Assembly (NCBI GenBank): GCA_963663765.2
Contig: CAXXUA010000006.1
Coordinates: 96,001-160,000 of the forward strand
From: Candidatus Poribacteria bacterium
Lineage (GTDB): Bacteria; Poribacteria; WGA-4E; WGA-3G
Length of the DNA stretch: 64,000 bases
Reading direction: 5' to 3'
Position numbers and translations under genes: made by a program. Below the pieces are notes generated by a model that was given only the letters and a program-made list of their open reading frames with translations, did not search any database and was not told the origin of the DNA. Positions 49,854-61,737 of the stretch are shown here, in pieces; position 1 is the stretch's first letter, and each line of letters opens with the position of its first letter.

Positions 49854-51719
49854 ATGAAACACATATTCTATACACTATTGATCGTCCTGACCATAGCATC
49901 CACAACCACGTTTGCACAAGACTACACACAATGGAATCTCCCCGAAGGTGCAAAAGCACGACTCGGGAAAGGACGGATTACTGGTAATATATCCTATTCA
50001 CCTGACGGCACAAAGTTAGCCGTAGCAAGTAGCATCGGTGTGTGGATATACGATGCACAGACAGGTGAAGAACTTGCTCTCTTATCAGGATATACTTACT
50101 ATGTTGACAGCGTCGCGTTCAGTCCGGACGGAAGCATCCTCGCCGATGTTGGTGGCACCTTCATCATTTTGTGGGATACAAACGCGTTTTTACCCATCCG
50201 CGCCATAATTGGCAATAAGCATTGGTTCACAAGTGTCGCGTTCAGTCCGGATGGAAAAAAAATCGTCAGTGGAAGTGGATTTGGTGACATGACCGTTCGG
50301 TAGTGGAACGTGAACACAGGTGCTCACATCCGCATGCATGAAAAGCATCCGCATCGGGTTAACGTTGTAGCGTTCAGCCCGGATGGCACACTACTTGCAA
50401 GCGGCAGTGCGGACAACACGATCCGTTTAGGGAACGCAGAGACGGGTGACCCCCTCCACACGTTTGAAGGACATACGGATGAGGTCTACACCTTAGCATT
50501 CAGTCCAGATGGCAAAACAATCGCAAGCGGCAGTAAGGATAATACGCTTCGCTTGTGGGACGCAAACACAGGTGACCTTCTACACACGTTTGAAGGACAT
50601 ACGGATGCTGTCAGAAGTGTAGCATTCAGTCCGGATGGAAGTATCCTTGTCAGTGGGAGTCATGACAAATCCATCCGCTTGTGGAATGCAAACACCAGGG
50701 CACCCCTTCGCACGTTTGAAGGACATACGGAAGGGATCGGAAGTGTAACGTTCAGTCCGGATGGAAAAACAATTGCCAGTTGCAGTTTTGACGGAACCCC
50801 CCATTTTTGGAACGCAGACACGGGTGACCACCTCCGCACATTTGAAGGACATACGGATGCTGTCTATAGCGTAGCGTTCAGCCCGGATGGTAGTATTCTC
50901 GCCAGTAGCGGTCCGGATACAGTTGTTCATTTGTGGAACGCAGACACTGCTACCCTTCTCCGCACGCTTGAAGGGCATACGGATGAGGTCGTAAGATTAG
51001 CGTTCAGTCCGGATGGAAAAACATTCGCAAGCACCAGTATTGACAAAACCATCTGTCTGTGGAACACTCACACAGGCGCCCCCCTACACACTTTTGAAGG
51101 ACATACGGACAAGCTCTACAGTGTAGTGTTCAGTCCGGATGGGAAAACTATCGCAAGCAGCAGTAAGGATAATACGCTTCGCTTGTGGGACGCAAACACG
51201 AGTGCCCTTCTCCGCACGCTTGAAGGGCATACAGATGAGGTCTACACCGTAGCATTCAGTCCGAATGGGAAAACTATCGCAAGCGGCAGCAAGGACAACA
51301 CAATCCGCTTGTGGAGCGTAGACACGGGTGACCACCACCTCACGCTTGAAGCAGATACTGAAGGAGTCGCCACTTTAGCGTTCAGTCCAAATGGCACGCT
51401 ACTCGCAAGCGGCGGTTATGACGAAACCGTCCATTTGTGGAACGCAAACACGGGTGACCTTCTCCGCACATTTGAAGGACATACAGATTTGATCTCTACT
51501 GTCGTGTTCAGTCCAGATGGAAAAACTATCATCAGTAGCAGCATAGACGGAACCGCCCGTTTGTGGAACACCAATACTGGCAACCACATACGAACACTTA
51601 TTGGGCATACGGATGAAATCTGGAACATATCGATCAGTCCAGATGGAAAAACCCTTGCCAGTGGCAGTAGTGACGGCACCATGTTGTTGTGGTCAATCCC
51701 AAGCGCCGAGAACAAATAG
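49854..51719 (+). pseudogene. Secreted WD40-repeat protein (~14 blades) with an in-frame TAG at 50301-50303
   Basis: ORFs 49854-50303 and 50310-51719 share a frame (VR*WN where VRLWN is expected); collinear with 59858-61726. Confidence 0.85.
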
Positions 51720-52244
51720 TTTGACTAATTGTAGACGTGCTTTGGAAGCGCGCACATTACAAAAATTCGGGCGGGGAATGCCAAAAGGCTTTCATACCCG
51801 GGGAATGCCAAAAGGCATTCATACCGTTGATTTTTTGATTTTTTGATTTGGTGCTTTGTAAGCGCGCCCTCTTGCACCTCTTGCAGGCGTGCTTTGTAAG
51901 CGCGCCCTCTTGCAGGCATGCTTACAAACCCCGAATGTCTGAACCAAGATCCACAGGATTATCGGATTATCAGAATTAGAGCCTGAAGCCACTCTTGTGG
52001 GAGGGGTTTGAAACCCCGATTTTTTAGTGCATTTCCACTCAAATCGGAGTTTCAAACCCCTCCCACAAGAGAAAATGCAAACAATATTTTCTAAAGTTGA
52101 CACCTATAAGTTCAATTCCAAAGATACACTTTCACTCAGCAGAAACCTTGGATGCGGTAAATCCTGGCAATCTGCTAATCCTGAAAATCCTGGTTCAGAA
52201 AAAATCGCAGATTAAAACAATATAATCTGTTCTTAAGTTGACAC

Positions 52245-53996
52245 CTATTGGATAGAGTTGAGATCCCACAGCAGCATGGTGCCGTCTTCACTCCCACTTG
52301 TGATAGTGTTGCCACCCGGACTAAACGAGACGCTTCTGACCCAATCCGTATGTCCTGAGAGTGTTCTGATATGTTGTCCAGTGCTTGCGTGCCACAAGCG
52401 GATCGTGTCGTCTTCACTCCCACTCGCGATGGTGTTGCCATCCGGACTAAACGAGACACTTCTGACCCAATCCGTATGTCCTGAGAGTGTTCTGATGTGT
52501 TGTCCACTGTTTGCGTTCCACAAACGGATCGTGTGGTCAGCACTCCCACTCGCTATGGTGTTGCCATCCGGACTAAACGACACGGTTTCGACCGAACGCG
52601 TATGTCCTGATAACGTTCTGATATGTTGTCCAGTGCTTACGTGCCACAAGCGGATCGTTTTGTCATCACTCCCACTTGCGAGGGTGTTGTATTCACGACT
52701 GAACGAGACGCTTCTGACCCGATTTGTATGTCCTGATAACGTTCTGATAAGTTCACCAGTGTTTGCGTGCCACAAACGGATCGTGTGGTCATCACCCCCA
52801 CTTGCGATAGTGTTGCCATCCGGACTAAACGAGACGCTTTCGACCAAACCCAAACGTCCTAAACCCGTATGTCCTGATAACATTCTGATATGTTCTCCAG
52901 TGCTTACGTGCCACAAGCGGATCGTTTTGTCATCACTCCCACTTGCGAGGGTGTTGCCATCACGACTGAACGAGACGCTGGAGACACCACGCGTATGTCC
53001 AGAGAGCGTTCTGATATGTTCTCCACTGTTTGCGTGCCACAAGCGGATCGTGCCGTCATCACTCCCATTTGCAATGGTGTTGCCATCCGGACTAAACGAG
53101 AAGCTTCTGACCGAACCCGTATGTCCTGATAACGTTCTGATATGTTCTCCACTGTTTGCGTGCCACAAACGGATCGTTTTGTCATCACTCCCACTTGCTA
53201 TGGTGTTGCCATCCGGACTAAACGAGAAGCTGAAAACCATATCCGTATGTCCTGATAACGTTCTGATATGTTCTCCACTGTTTGCGTGCCACAAACGGAT
53301 CGTTTTGACAACACCCCCACTTGCTATAGTGTTGCCATCCGGACTGAACGAGAAGCTGAAAACCATATCCGTATGTCCTGATAACGTTCTGATATGTTGT
53401 CCACTGTTTGCGTGCCACAAACGGATCGTTTTGACAACACCCCCACTTGCTATAGTGTTGCCATCCGGACTAAACGAGACGCTGAAAACCATATCCGTAT
53501 GTCCTGATAACGTTCTGATATGTTGTCCACTGTTTGCGTGCCACAAACGGATCGTTTTGTCAACACCCCCACTTGCTATGGTGTTGCCATCACGACTGAA
53601 CACTACACTGTAGACCTTATCCGTATGTCCTGATAACGTTCTGATATGTTGTCCACTGTTTGCGTTCCACAAACGTATTGTGTTGTCCCGACTTCCACTT
53701 GCTATGGTGTTGCCATCCGGACTGAAAGAGACGCTGGAGATCAAACTCGTATGTCCAGAGAGCAGATCAAGTTCTTCACCTGTTTCTGCATCATAAATCC
53801 AAATCCCGATGCTGTTTGCCACTGCCAACTTAGTGCCATCAGGTGAATACTTTACCTCATTGACCGTACCTTTACCGAGACGTGCTTTTGCACCTTCGGG
53901 CAGACTGAATTTTGTGTAGTCTTGGGAATGACTGATGGTTGTAAATGTTAGTGTTATGTAAAGTGTTATCAATATTGAACACAATATATTGTTCAT
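52245..53996 (-). CDS. Secreted WD40-repeat protein with near-identical 126-bp repeats
   Basis: Signal peptide, QDYTKFSLPEGAKARLGKG cap, 12 SGHT..V.SVSFSPDGNTIASG..D.TIRLW units. Confidence 0.93.
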   Translation of the reverse strand: MNNILCSILITLYITLTFTTISHSQDYTKFSLPEGAKARLGKGTVNEVKYSPDGTKLAVANSIGIWIYDAETGEELDLLSGHTSLISSVSFSPDGNTIASGSRDNTIRLWNANSGQHIRTLSGHTDKVYSVVFSRDGNTIASGGVDKTIRLWHANSGQHIRTLSGHTDMVFSVSFSPDGNTIASGGVVKTIRLWHANSGQHIRTLSGHTDMVFSFSFSPDGNTIASGGVVKTIRLWHANSGEHIRTLSGHTDMVFSFSFSPDGNTIASGSDDKTIRLWHANSGEHIRTLSGHTGSVRSFSFSPDGNTIANGSDDGTIRLWHANSGEHIRTLSGHTRGVSSVSFSRDGNTLASGSDDKTIRLWHVSTGEHIRMLSGHTGLGRLGLVESVSFSPDGNTIASGGDDHTIRLWHANTGELIRTLSGHTNRVRSVSFSREYNTLASGSDDKTIRLWHVSTGQHIRTLSGHTRSVETVSFSPDGNTIASGSADHTIRLWNANSGQHIRTLSGHTDWVRSVSFSPDGNTIASGSEDDTIRLWHASTGQHIRTLSGHTDWVRSVSFSPGGNTITSGSEDGTMLLWDLNSIQ

Positions 53997-54109
53997 TATA
54001 GTTTTCCTTATGTTGACTGCTCAATTGTAATTTCTGCTGACTGTACGATGTTTTACTTTAGTAGTGTATACTTAATAACAAGTACTTGTCAAATCTTCCT
54101 GTCGTCCCC

Positions 54110-54231
54110 AAGGGTTATTCAGTTATCCTAAAATTTGGATTTTTCAAAAAAGAAACCTCGCGGTAGGAGCGACCTCCCGGTCGCGATTTTCTTACAAAAA
54201 TGTGAAAAATGTTTAAAACTGAATAACCCTG
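54110..54231. mobile_element. MITE with (C/A)AGGGTTATTCAGTT ends (ISAs1-like CAGGG termini)
   Basis: 9-bp TSD GTCGTCCCC; carries a GGTAGGAGCGACCTCCCGGTCGCGA hairpin; similar ends at 49046, 49758, 54241 and ~59497. Confidence 0.8.
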
Positions 54232-54455
54232 GTCGTCCCCCAGGGTTATTCAATTGTCCGAAATGGATTCTTGTGGGAGGGGTTTGTAACACCGAATGTC
54301 TGAACCAGGATTTACGGATTTCCAAGATTTACCGCATCAAGCGTTTCTGCTGAGGGAAAGTCTATCTTGGGAATGGAGCTCAACGGAATAAAACTCATAA
54401 TCCTGTGAATCCTGGTTCAGAAAAAAGGACAAAACCCTCCTACAAGAGAAGGTAA

Positions 54456-57400
54456 TTACTTCCGTATCAACATCTTACGCGTAGCAGAAAAGTCGCCTGC
54501 GGTGAGTGTATAGAAATACAAGCCACTCGCCACCTTCTCACCAAACTCATTTTTACCATCCCAATATGCAGCACGGGAACGGTTCTGATACATACCCGCA
54601 GCCTGATGTCCAAGCGACAATGTCCGCACCAATGTGCCGTTCACAGCATAGATATGCACTGACACATCCGCATCCTTTGACAAATGATAGGGTATCCACG
54701 TCTCCGGATTGAACGGGTTGGGGAAGTTCGCTAAGAGTGCTGTCTTTTTCGGTGTCAACGCCTCAAGAAGCTGTTGTAAAAACAGAATACCCTGTAAGGA
54801 CTTCGCATCCGTGAGGTTCAACTGCTGTGCTTGGTTCAGCCACGATTTAACATCGGCGGCAGACAACATATCCATTATCTGTGGGTTCAACTGTGGTGCA
54901 GCAGCACCAGTACCAATCGCATTTGCCACGAGCACAAGGTCAGCAATATCAACAATACCATCGCCGTTGATATCCTCCCGGTATTCTCCCCGCCATCCAA
55001 AACGTAAACTGGTTAGCACCAAATCCTGAATGTTAACAATACCATCCCGGTTGATATCCCCAGTAATATCATGTGTCGGTTCAGTCACCTCAGTCCCTTC
55101 AATCTCAACTTCCCAACGCACACCCTCTTTGTCAACAATGTAGACATTGGACAAAGTTATCGTGGAATCTGTAACATCATAAACCTTAAAGGTGAGTGTA
55201 GCAAGTATACCATTACCGTTGCTCAGGTTATCAAGAGTAGTTGCGGCGACTGGCACATAAGGATATTCATAAAATCCAAACTCTGGAACGTTTTCGAACA
55301 CATAGAAAGCATCCGATGGCAGAAAGTTCCCTTTAGCACTTTCCACGTATGCAAGGGAATCATCATCATACCAGACAATAGCCTGAAAACCAGCGACATC
55401 TTTACCACCTGTGATATTTAGACTAATGGTCAACTGTTCATAGAGTGCTGGAGATACGATTGGGTTTGGTGTGATACTAATCGTCGCATCAGATTGTTTT
55501 ATGGCAGTAACGGGTATCTGTCCAGTCAGTGCTTGATTGTATCCAGCAATGGCTTCAGCACCGACTGTAAAACTGAGCGTGCCATCGGTGTCAAAATCTG
55601 TGCCATCATAGTCCAATGTAATTGCAAGTTGAGTATCACTTATACGATACACACCAAAGAAATCACGAAAAGTAATCCCTTCAATATCGGTAGTTACTGA
55701 CACTGCATCTCGAAGCCTAAAGGACGAATCCTCAAAAAACCGTCCGTTCAGTTTCAATATAACAACGCTCTGGTGTAAGGACGCTTCTGTCAACTCAAAC
55801 TTGGATGATATATCCAGTGACTCCTTGACCGCAGTAACGGGTATTTGTGCGGTGAATGCTTCGTTGAATCCTGCAATGGCACCCGCCTCCACTGTTATGT
55901 TAAGAACACCATCGGTATCAATGTTTCCATTGAAAGTAAGTGGAATTTTCACTTCAGACGCACTTTCAGAATCAACCCTGAATCTACCAACAGTCAGTCC
56001 TTCAATGCCGGATAATGTCACAGCATCTTCAATATCCCATAGCCACCATGTAAATTGGCGTCCGATGAGTTTGAGTGTGATAGTGCCACCATTCAGGGTT
56101 GCCTCTGTCAAAGGTTCTTCGGTTGAGACTTCCAGTCGCTCCTCCACAGCAGGCACATTGAAATCAAAGGAAAATCCTTGATTGTATCCAGCGATAGCAT
56201 CTGCCCCGACGGTGATAGTGAGTGTGCTATCCGTGTCAATGTTGCCAGAAAACGACAAGAAAACCTCTACTTCTGTGTTGCTCACACGTTCTACATTATA
56301 CCTACTAACAGAAACGCCTTCTATACCGGCAAATGTCAATGCATATCTGATAAATGATTCACTGCTGAAATTACGCCCGCTGAGCGTGAACGTGATAGCA
56401 TACCCACCAAGGTTCGCTTCTGTCAAGGGTGTTTTAGTTGATATTACCAACGACTCCTCAACAGCAGGCACATTGAAATCAAAGGAAAATCCTTGATTGT
56501 ATCCAGCGATAGCATCCGCGCCGACGGTGAGCGTGAACGTGCTATCCGTGTCAATGTCATTGGAAAAGAGCAAACTAAGCTTTACTTCTGTGTTGCTCAC
56601 ACGTTCTACGCCATTCCTGTAAACAGAAAGACCTTCAATCCCGGAAATCGTCAATACATCTCTGATGGTCGATTCCCGACTGATGAAGTTACGCCCGATA
56701 AGTGTCAGTGTCACAACGTTACCGTGCAGTGTTGCTTCTGTCAAAGGTGTCTCTACTGTGGCGACTAACGATTCCTCTACAAACGTGACGGGTAGTTCAA
56801 AGGAAAGTGATTGATTATAACCATTGATAGCATCTGCACCCATGGTGATAGTGAGTGTGCTATCCACGTCAATGTTGCCAGAGAATATTAATGGAACAGT
56901 CACCTCCGTATCACTAACGCGATCTAAGGTTGTCCATCTGCCTGTGGTGACACCTTCAATACCAACTATTGTCAAGGCATCTATGATATCCCATGATGCC
57001 CCAGTGAACTGTCTCCCGTTGAGTTTAAGGGTCACCACACTGCCGCTAAGGGTTGCTTCCGTCAAGGGTGCCACCGTTGTTGCAACAAGTGACTCCTCTA
57101 CTGCCGTGACAGAAAATTCAAAGGAAAATGATTGATTATAGCCATTGATAGCATCAGCCCCGACGGTCAGGGTGAACGTTGCGTCTGCATCTATGTTGCT
57201 GGAAAATGTCAGTGGAATTTCCACTTTTGCGTTGTTAACGCGTTCCACATCATACTGATCAACAGCGACACCTTCAATACCAGAGACTGTCAAAGCACGT
57301 TCAATGTCATATTCAGAGCTTATAAAGGAACGTCCACTGAGTGTCAGTGTCACCACACTGCCGCTAAGGGTTGCCTCTGTCAAGGGTGCTACCGTTGTCG

Positions 57401-59087
57401 CAACAAGCGTTTCCTCTACTGCCGTGACAGGAAGTTCAAAGGAAAATGATTGATTATAACCATTGATAGCATCTGCCCCGACGGTCAGGGTGAACGTTGC
57501 GTCTGCATCTATGTTGCTGGAAAATGTCAGTGGAATTTCCACTTTTGCGTTGCTAACGCGTTCCACATCATACTGATCAACAGCAACACCTTCAATACCA
57601 GATACTGTCAAAGCCCTTTCAATGTCATATTCAGAGCTTACGAAAGAACGCCCACTAAGTGTCAGTGTTACCACACTATTGTGCAGGGTTGCCTCTGTCA
57701 AGGGTGCCACCGTTGTTGCAGCAAGTGACTCCTCTACTGCTGTCACAGGGAGTTCAAAGGAAAATGATTGATTATAGCCATTGATAGCATCAGCCCCGAC
57801 GGTCAGGGTGAGTGTAGCATCGGTGTCTATGTTGCCAGAGAAGGTCAGTGGCACGGTGACCTTCGTATTACTTATGCGATCTACACCAGACTTGTAAAAT
57901 GATGCACCTTCAATGCCAGAGACCGTCAGAGCATTATAGACATTGTATTCACTAGCGAAACTACGCCCGCTAAGTGTCAGTGTCACCACGTTACCGTGCA
58001 GTGTTGCTTCCGTCAATGGAGACTCCGTTGTTGCAGCAAGTGACTCCTCAACTGCAGTGACAGTGAGTTGGATGGTGAACGGTTGGTTGTAGCCTATGAT
58101 GACACTCGCGCCTACGGTGATAGTGAGCGTTGCGTCTGCATCTATGTTGCCAGAAAAGGTCAGTGGAATTTCCACTTTTGCGTTGCTAACGCGATCCACA
58201 TCATACTGATCAACAGCAACACCTTCAATACCAGATACTGTCAAAGCCCTTTCAATGTCATATTCAGAGCTTACGAAAGAACGACCACTAAGTGTCAGTG
58301 TTACCACACTATTGTGCAGGGTTGCCTCTGTCAAGGGTGCCACCGTTGTTGCAGCAAGTGACTCCTCTACTGCTGTCACAGGTAATTGGACAGTAAACGC
58401 CTCATTGTAACCTGCTATGCGAGCTGCACTTACGGTGATGGTGAATGTGCTATCCGCGTCAATATTGCCGGAGAATGCAAGTGACACAGTCATCTGTGTG
58501 TTGCTGACGCGTCTGACCCTACTTATGGTTACGCCATCAATGCCAGATACAGACACGGTACCGGAGGTGTTAAAAACACGTCCGCTGAGTGTGAGTGTTA
58601 CTACACTTCCGCTAAGGGTTGCTTCTGTCAAGGGTGCCACCGTTGTTGCGGTCAACGACTCTGCTATAGCCATGACGGGCACTTGTGCAGTGAGCGCAGC
58701 ACCGTCGTAGTCCGCTATTGCGCTTGCTCCCACTGTAAAGACAAGGTTCGTATCTGTATCTATGTTACCAGAAAATGTCAGTTCAACGGTTACCTTCGTA
58801 TCGCTGACACGATCGACATCAAAAGATCCAACAGTTATACCTGCAATGCCAGAGACTGTCACTCCATTTCTAACCGTAAATGTAGAACGTTCAAATGCTG
58901 CACCGCTCAGTGTCAGTGTCACCACTTTACCACTCAGGTTTGCCTACGTTAGTGGTGCTTCAACGGTAGCTGTAATTGTAGGGGTTCCTTCCTGTGCATA
59001 ACTGATGGTTTGTATTCCAAAGGTAACCATCAAAATAGATACCAGAATGAATACAAAGTCTTTTTGTTTTAAAACTCGTGTGTTCAT
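54456..59087 (-). pseudogene. Large secreted protein: signal peptide, 11 ~105-aa Ig-like repeats, cohesin, dockerin and FlgD/T9SS-like C-terminal domain; in-frame TAG at codon 48
   Basis: AAGGAG + ATG 59087; APLT*ANL vs APLTEATL in other repeats (TAG 58944-58946); GNGILATLTFKV; GDINRDGIVNIQDL; NFPNPFNPETWIPY. Confidence 0.85.
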
Positions 59088-59299
59088 AAAATACTCCTTT
59101 CGATTTCAATATGTGATCATCTGTAGTCTTGTATGTTAGGTAAATATGCTCTGCCTAACCTACACTCCCATCATAAGTGAGTTGATCGGCAGGTAGGTTC
59201 GCGTCAGCTGCGGAAACCAATGTCGAGGTTGTCTTTTCACACACCTTCTATCCACATGAAATCGTAAAAATGATGCCACTCAAGCATAGATAGTCGTTA

Positions 59300-59387
59300 T
59301 ACCAAATTAACGGAATATGTCTTTTTCCGACAGTAGGTGCGGTTTCCTAACCGCACACTTAACAAGATAAATCACATTAATTGGGTA
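59300..59387. mobile_element. 88-bp TACC MITE (second copy)
   Basis: TTA flanks; matches the reverse complement of 13979-14066. Confidence 0.75.
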
Positions 59388-59433
59388 TTAGATCATATAC
59401 GTAGTGATTTTTTTAGTAGTGTCTAATTATGGT

Positions 59434-59480
59434 TATACACTACCTTAGTAGTGTATACTTATAAGCAAGTACTTGTCAAA
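59434..59480 (-). promoter_or_regulatory. Promoter shared with 54059-54093, overlapped by a perfect palindrome
   Basis: TTGACA...TATACACT on the minus strand; TATACACTAC-ctta-GTAGTGTATA at 59434-59457. Confidence 0.5.
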
Positions 59481-59857
59481 TCTTTCTGTCTTACCCAAGG
59501 GTTATTCAATTGTCCGAAATGGATTCTTGTGGGAGGGGTTTGTAACCCCGACTGTCTGTCTGAACCAGGATTATCGGATTATCAGGATTAGAGTCTGAAG
59601 CGGTTGCGTTCAATTCCAAAGATACACTTTCACTCAGCAGAAACCCTGGAAATCTGTAAATCCTGAAAATCCTGGTTCAGACACCCCGTGTAAGCCGCGA
59701 TTCAGAAACACAACCCACATCCTCCGCGATTCCACACAAACACTCCCACACAAAAACACCATTGACAAGAAACACAACCACCATATAAAATACAATCACA
59801 CACAACAATCAGATATTTAACTATCCACCAACCCAAATCACAAAAGGTAAACCACTC

Positions 59858-61726
59858 ATGAAACACATATTCTATACACTATTGATCGTCCTGACCTTAG
59901 TATCCACCACCACGTTTGCACAAGACTACACACAATGGAATCTCCCCGATGGTGCAACAGCACGACTCGGGAAAGGATGGATTGCTGGTAGTATATCCTA
60001 TTCACCCGACGGCACAAAGTTAGCCGTAGCAAGTAGCATCGGCGTGTGGATATACGATGCACAGACAGGTGAAGAACTTAATCTCTTATCAGGACATACA
60101 TCTCCAGTCATCAGCGTCGCGTACAGCCCGGATGGGAAAACTATCGCAAGTGGAAGCATGGAACACACATTCCATTTTTGGAATACAAACACCAATAAAA
60201 CCAGCCGTACCGTAATTGGCAATAGGACTTGGATCACCAGTGTCGCGTTCAGTCCCGATGGGGTAACATTCGCAAGCGGAAGTGCGACAAACCGTATCCG
60301 CATGTGGCACTTGGTGGAGATGAAAAGAAATGCATACATCTATACGCTTGAAAGCATTCCGCATGAGGTCAACGTTATCGCGTTCAGTCCGGATGGGAAA
60401 ACTATCGCAAGTAGCAGTGGGGACAACACAATCCGGATGTGGGACGTAGAAACTACAACCCTTCTCCGCACGTTTGAAGGGCATACGGATCTGGTCTACA
60501 CCTTAGCATTCAGTCCAGATGGGAAAACAATCGCAAGCGGCAGTAAGGATAATACGCTCCGCTTGTGGGACGCAAACACGAGTGACCACCTCCGCACGTT
60601 TGAAGGGCATACGGATAAGGTCAACAGTGTAGCATTCAGTCCGGATGGGAGTATCCTTGTCAGTGGGAGTCATGACAAATCCATCCGATTGTGGAATGCA
60701 AACACCGGGGCACCCCTTCGCACGTTTGAAGGACATACGGAATGGGTCAAAAATGTAACGTTCAGTCCGGATGGTGAAACAATTGCAAGCGGAAGTCGGG
60801 ACAACACAATACGCTTGTGGAGCGTGGACACGGGTGACCACCTCCGCACGTTCGAAGGACATACGAATAAGGTCTTTGATGTGGCGTTCAGCCCGGATGA
60901 AAACATTCTCGCCAGTTGCGGTCAGGATACAGTTGTTCATTTGTGGAACGCAGACACTGCTACCCCTCTCCGCACGTTTGAAGGGCATACGAAAACGGTC
61001 AGAGGTTTAACGTTCAGTCCGAATGGGAAAACTATCGCAAGCACCAGTTTTGACAAAACCCTCCGTCTGTGGAACACTCACACAGGTGACCACCTACACA
61101 CACTTGAAGAACATACGAATGTCTTTAGAGTCGTGTTCAGTCCGGATGGAAAAACTATCGTCAGTGGAAGTCGGGACAACACAATACGCTTGTGGAACGC
61201 AGACATAGGTGACCACCATCTCACGCTTAAAGGAAATACAGATAAGGTTTACTATGTAGTGTTCAGTCCGGATGGGAAAACTATAGCAAGTCCCATCGGG
61301 GACAACACAATCCGTTTGTGGAGCGCAGACACGGGTGATCACCTCCTCACGCTTGAAGGACATACAGATAAGGTCTACAGTGTAGCATTCAGTCCGAATA
61401 GCACGCTACTCGTCAGTGGAAGTAAGGACAAATCAATCCATTTGTGGAATGCAAAAACGGGTGACCTCCTCCGCACATTTGAAGGACATACAGATTTGAT
61501 CTCTACTGTCGTGTTCAGTCCAGATGGAAAAACTATCATCAGTGGAAGTTGGGACAACACAATCCGTTTGTGGAACACTAACACTGGCAACCACATACGA
61601 ACACTTATTGGGCATACGGATGAAATCTGGAACATATCGATCAGTCCGGATGGAAAAACTCTTGCCAGTGGAAGTAGGGACGGCACCGTGTTACTGTGGA
61701 CAATCCCAAGCGACGAGAACAAATAG
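59858..61726 (+). CDS. Secreted WD40-repeat protein (~14 blades)
   Basis: Signal peptide, QDYTQWNLPDGATARLGKG cap, repeated EGHT..V..VAFSPDGKTIASGS.D.TIRLW. Confidence 0.93.
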   Translation: MKHIFYTLLIVLTLVSTTTFAQDYTQWNLPDGATARLGKGWIAGSISYSPDGTKLAVASSIGVWIYDAQTGEELNLLSGHTSPVISVAYSPDGKTIASGSMEHTFHFWNTNTNKTSRTVIGNRTWITSVAFSPDGVTFASGSATNRIRMWHLVEMKRNAYIYTLESIPHEVNVIAFSPDGKTIASSSGDNTIRMWDVETTTLLRTFEGHTDLVYTLAFSPDGKTIASGSKDNTLRLWDANTSDHLRTFEGHTDKVNSVAFSPDGSILVSGSHDKSIRLWNANTGAPLRTFEGHTEWVKNVTFSPDGETIASGSRDNTIRLWSVDTGDHLRTFEGHTNKVFDVAFSPDENILASCGQDTVVHLWNADTATPLRTFEGHTKTVRGLTFSPNGKTIASTSFDKTLRLWNTHTGDHLHTLEEHTNVFRVVFSPDGKTIVSGSRDNTIRLWNADIGDHHLTLKGNTDKVYYVVFSPDGKTIASPIGDNTIRLWSADTGDHLLTLEGHTDKVYSVAFSPNSTLLVSGSKDKSIHLWNAKTGDLLRTFEGHTDLISTVVFSPDGKTIISGSWDNTIRLWNTNTGNHIRTLIGHTDEIWNISISPDGKTLASGSRDGTVLLWTIPSDENK

Positions 61727-61737
61727 ATTGACTAATT

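Noticed and set aside
52258-53613. 451-aa antisense ORF and other shadow ORFs over WD40/Ig repeats
   Set aside because: They mirror the repeated sense-strand codons and have no RBS or independent protein features
37116-58946. TAG stop-codon reassignment or pyrrolysine readthrough
   Set aside because: The three in-frame TAGs replace different expected residues (Leu, Glu, probably Tyr), and many intact genes here end in TAG
59100-59290. Known riboswitch upstream of the giant protein
   Set aside because: I could not match it by eye to any riboswitch consensus; kept only as an unexplained leader
49854-61726. Diversity-generating retroelement acting on the WD40 genes
   Set aside because: No reverse transcriptase is in the window, and differences between copies are not confined to adenines or to one TR/VR pair
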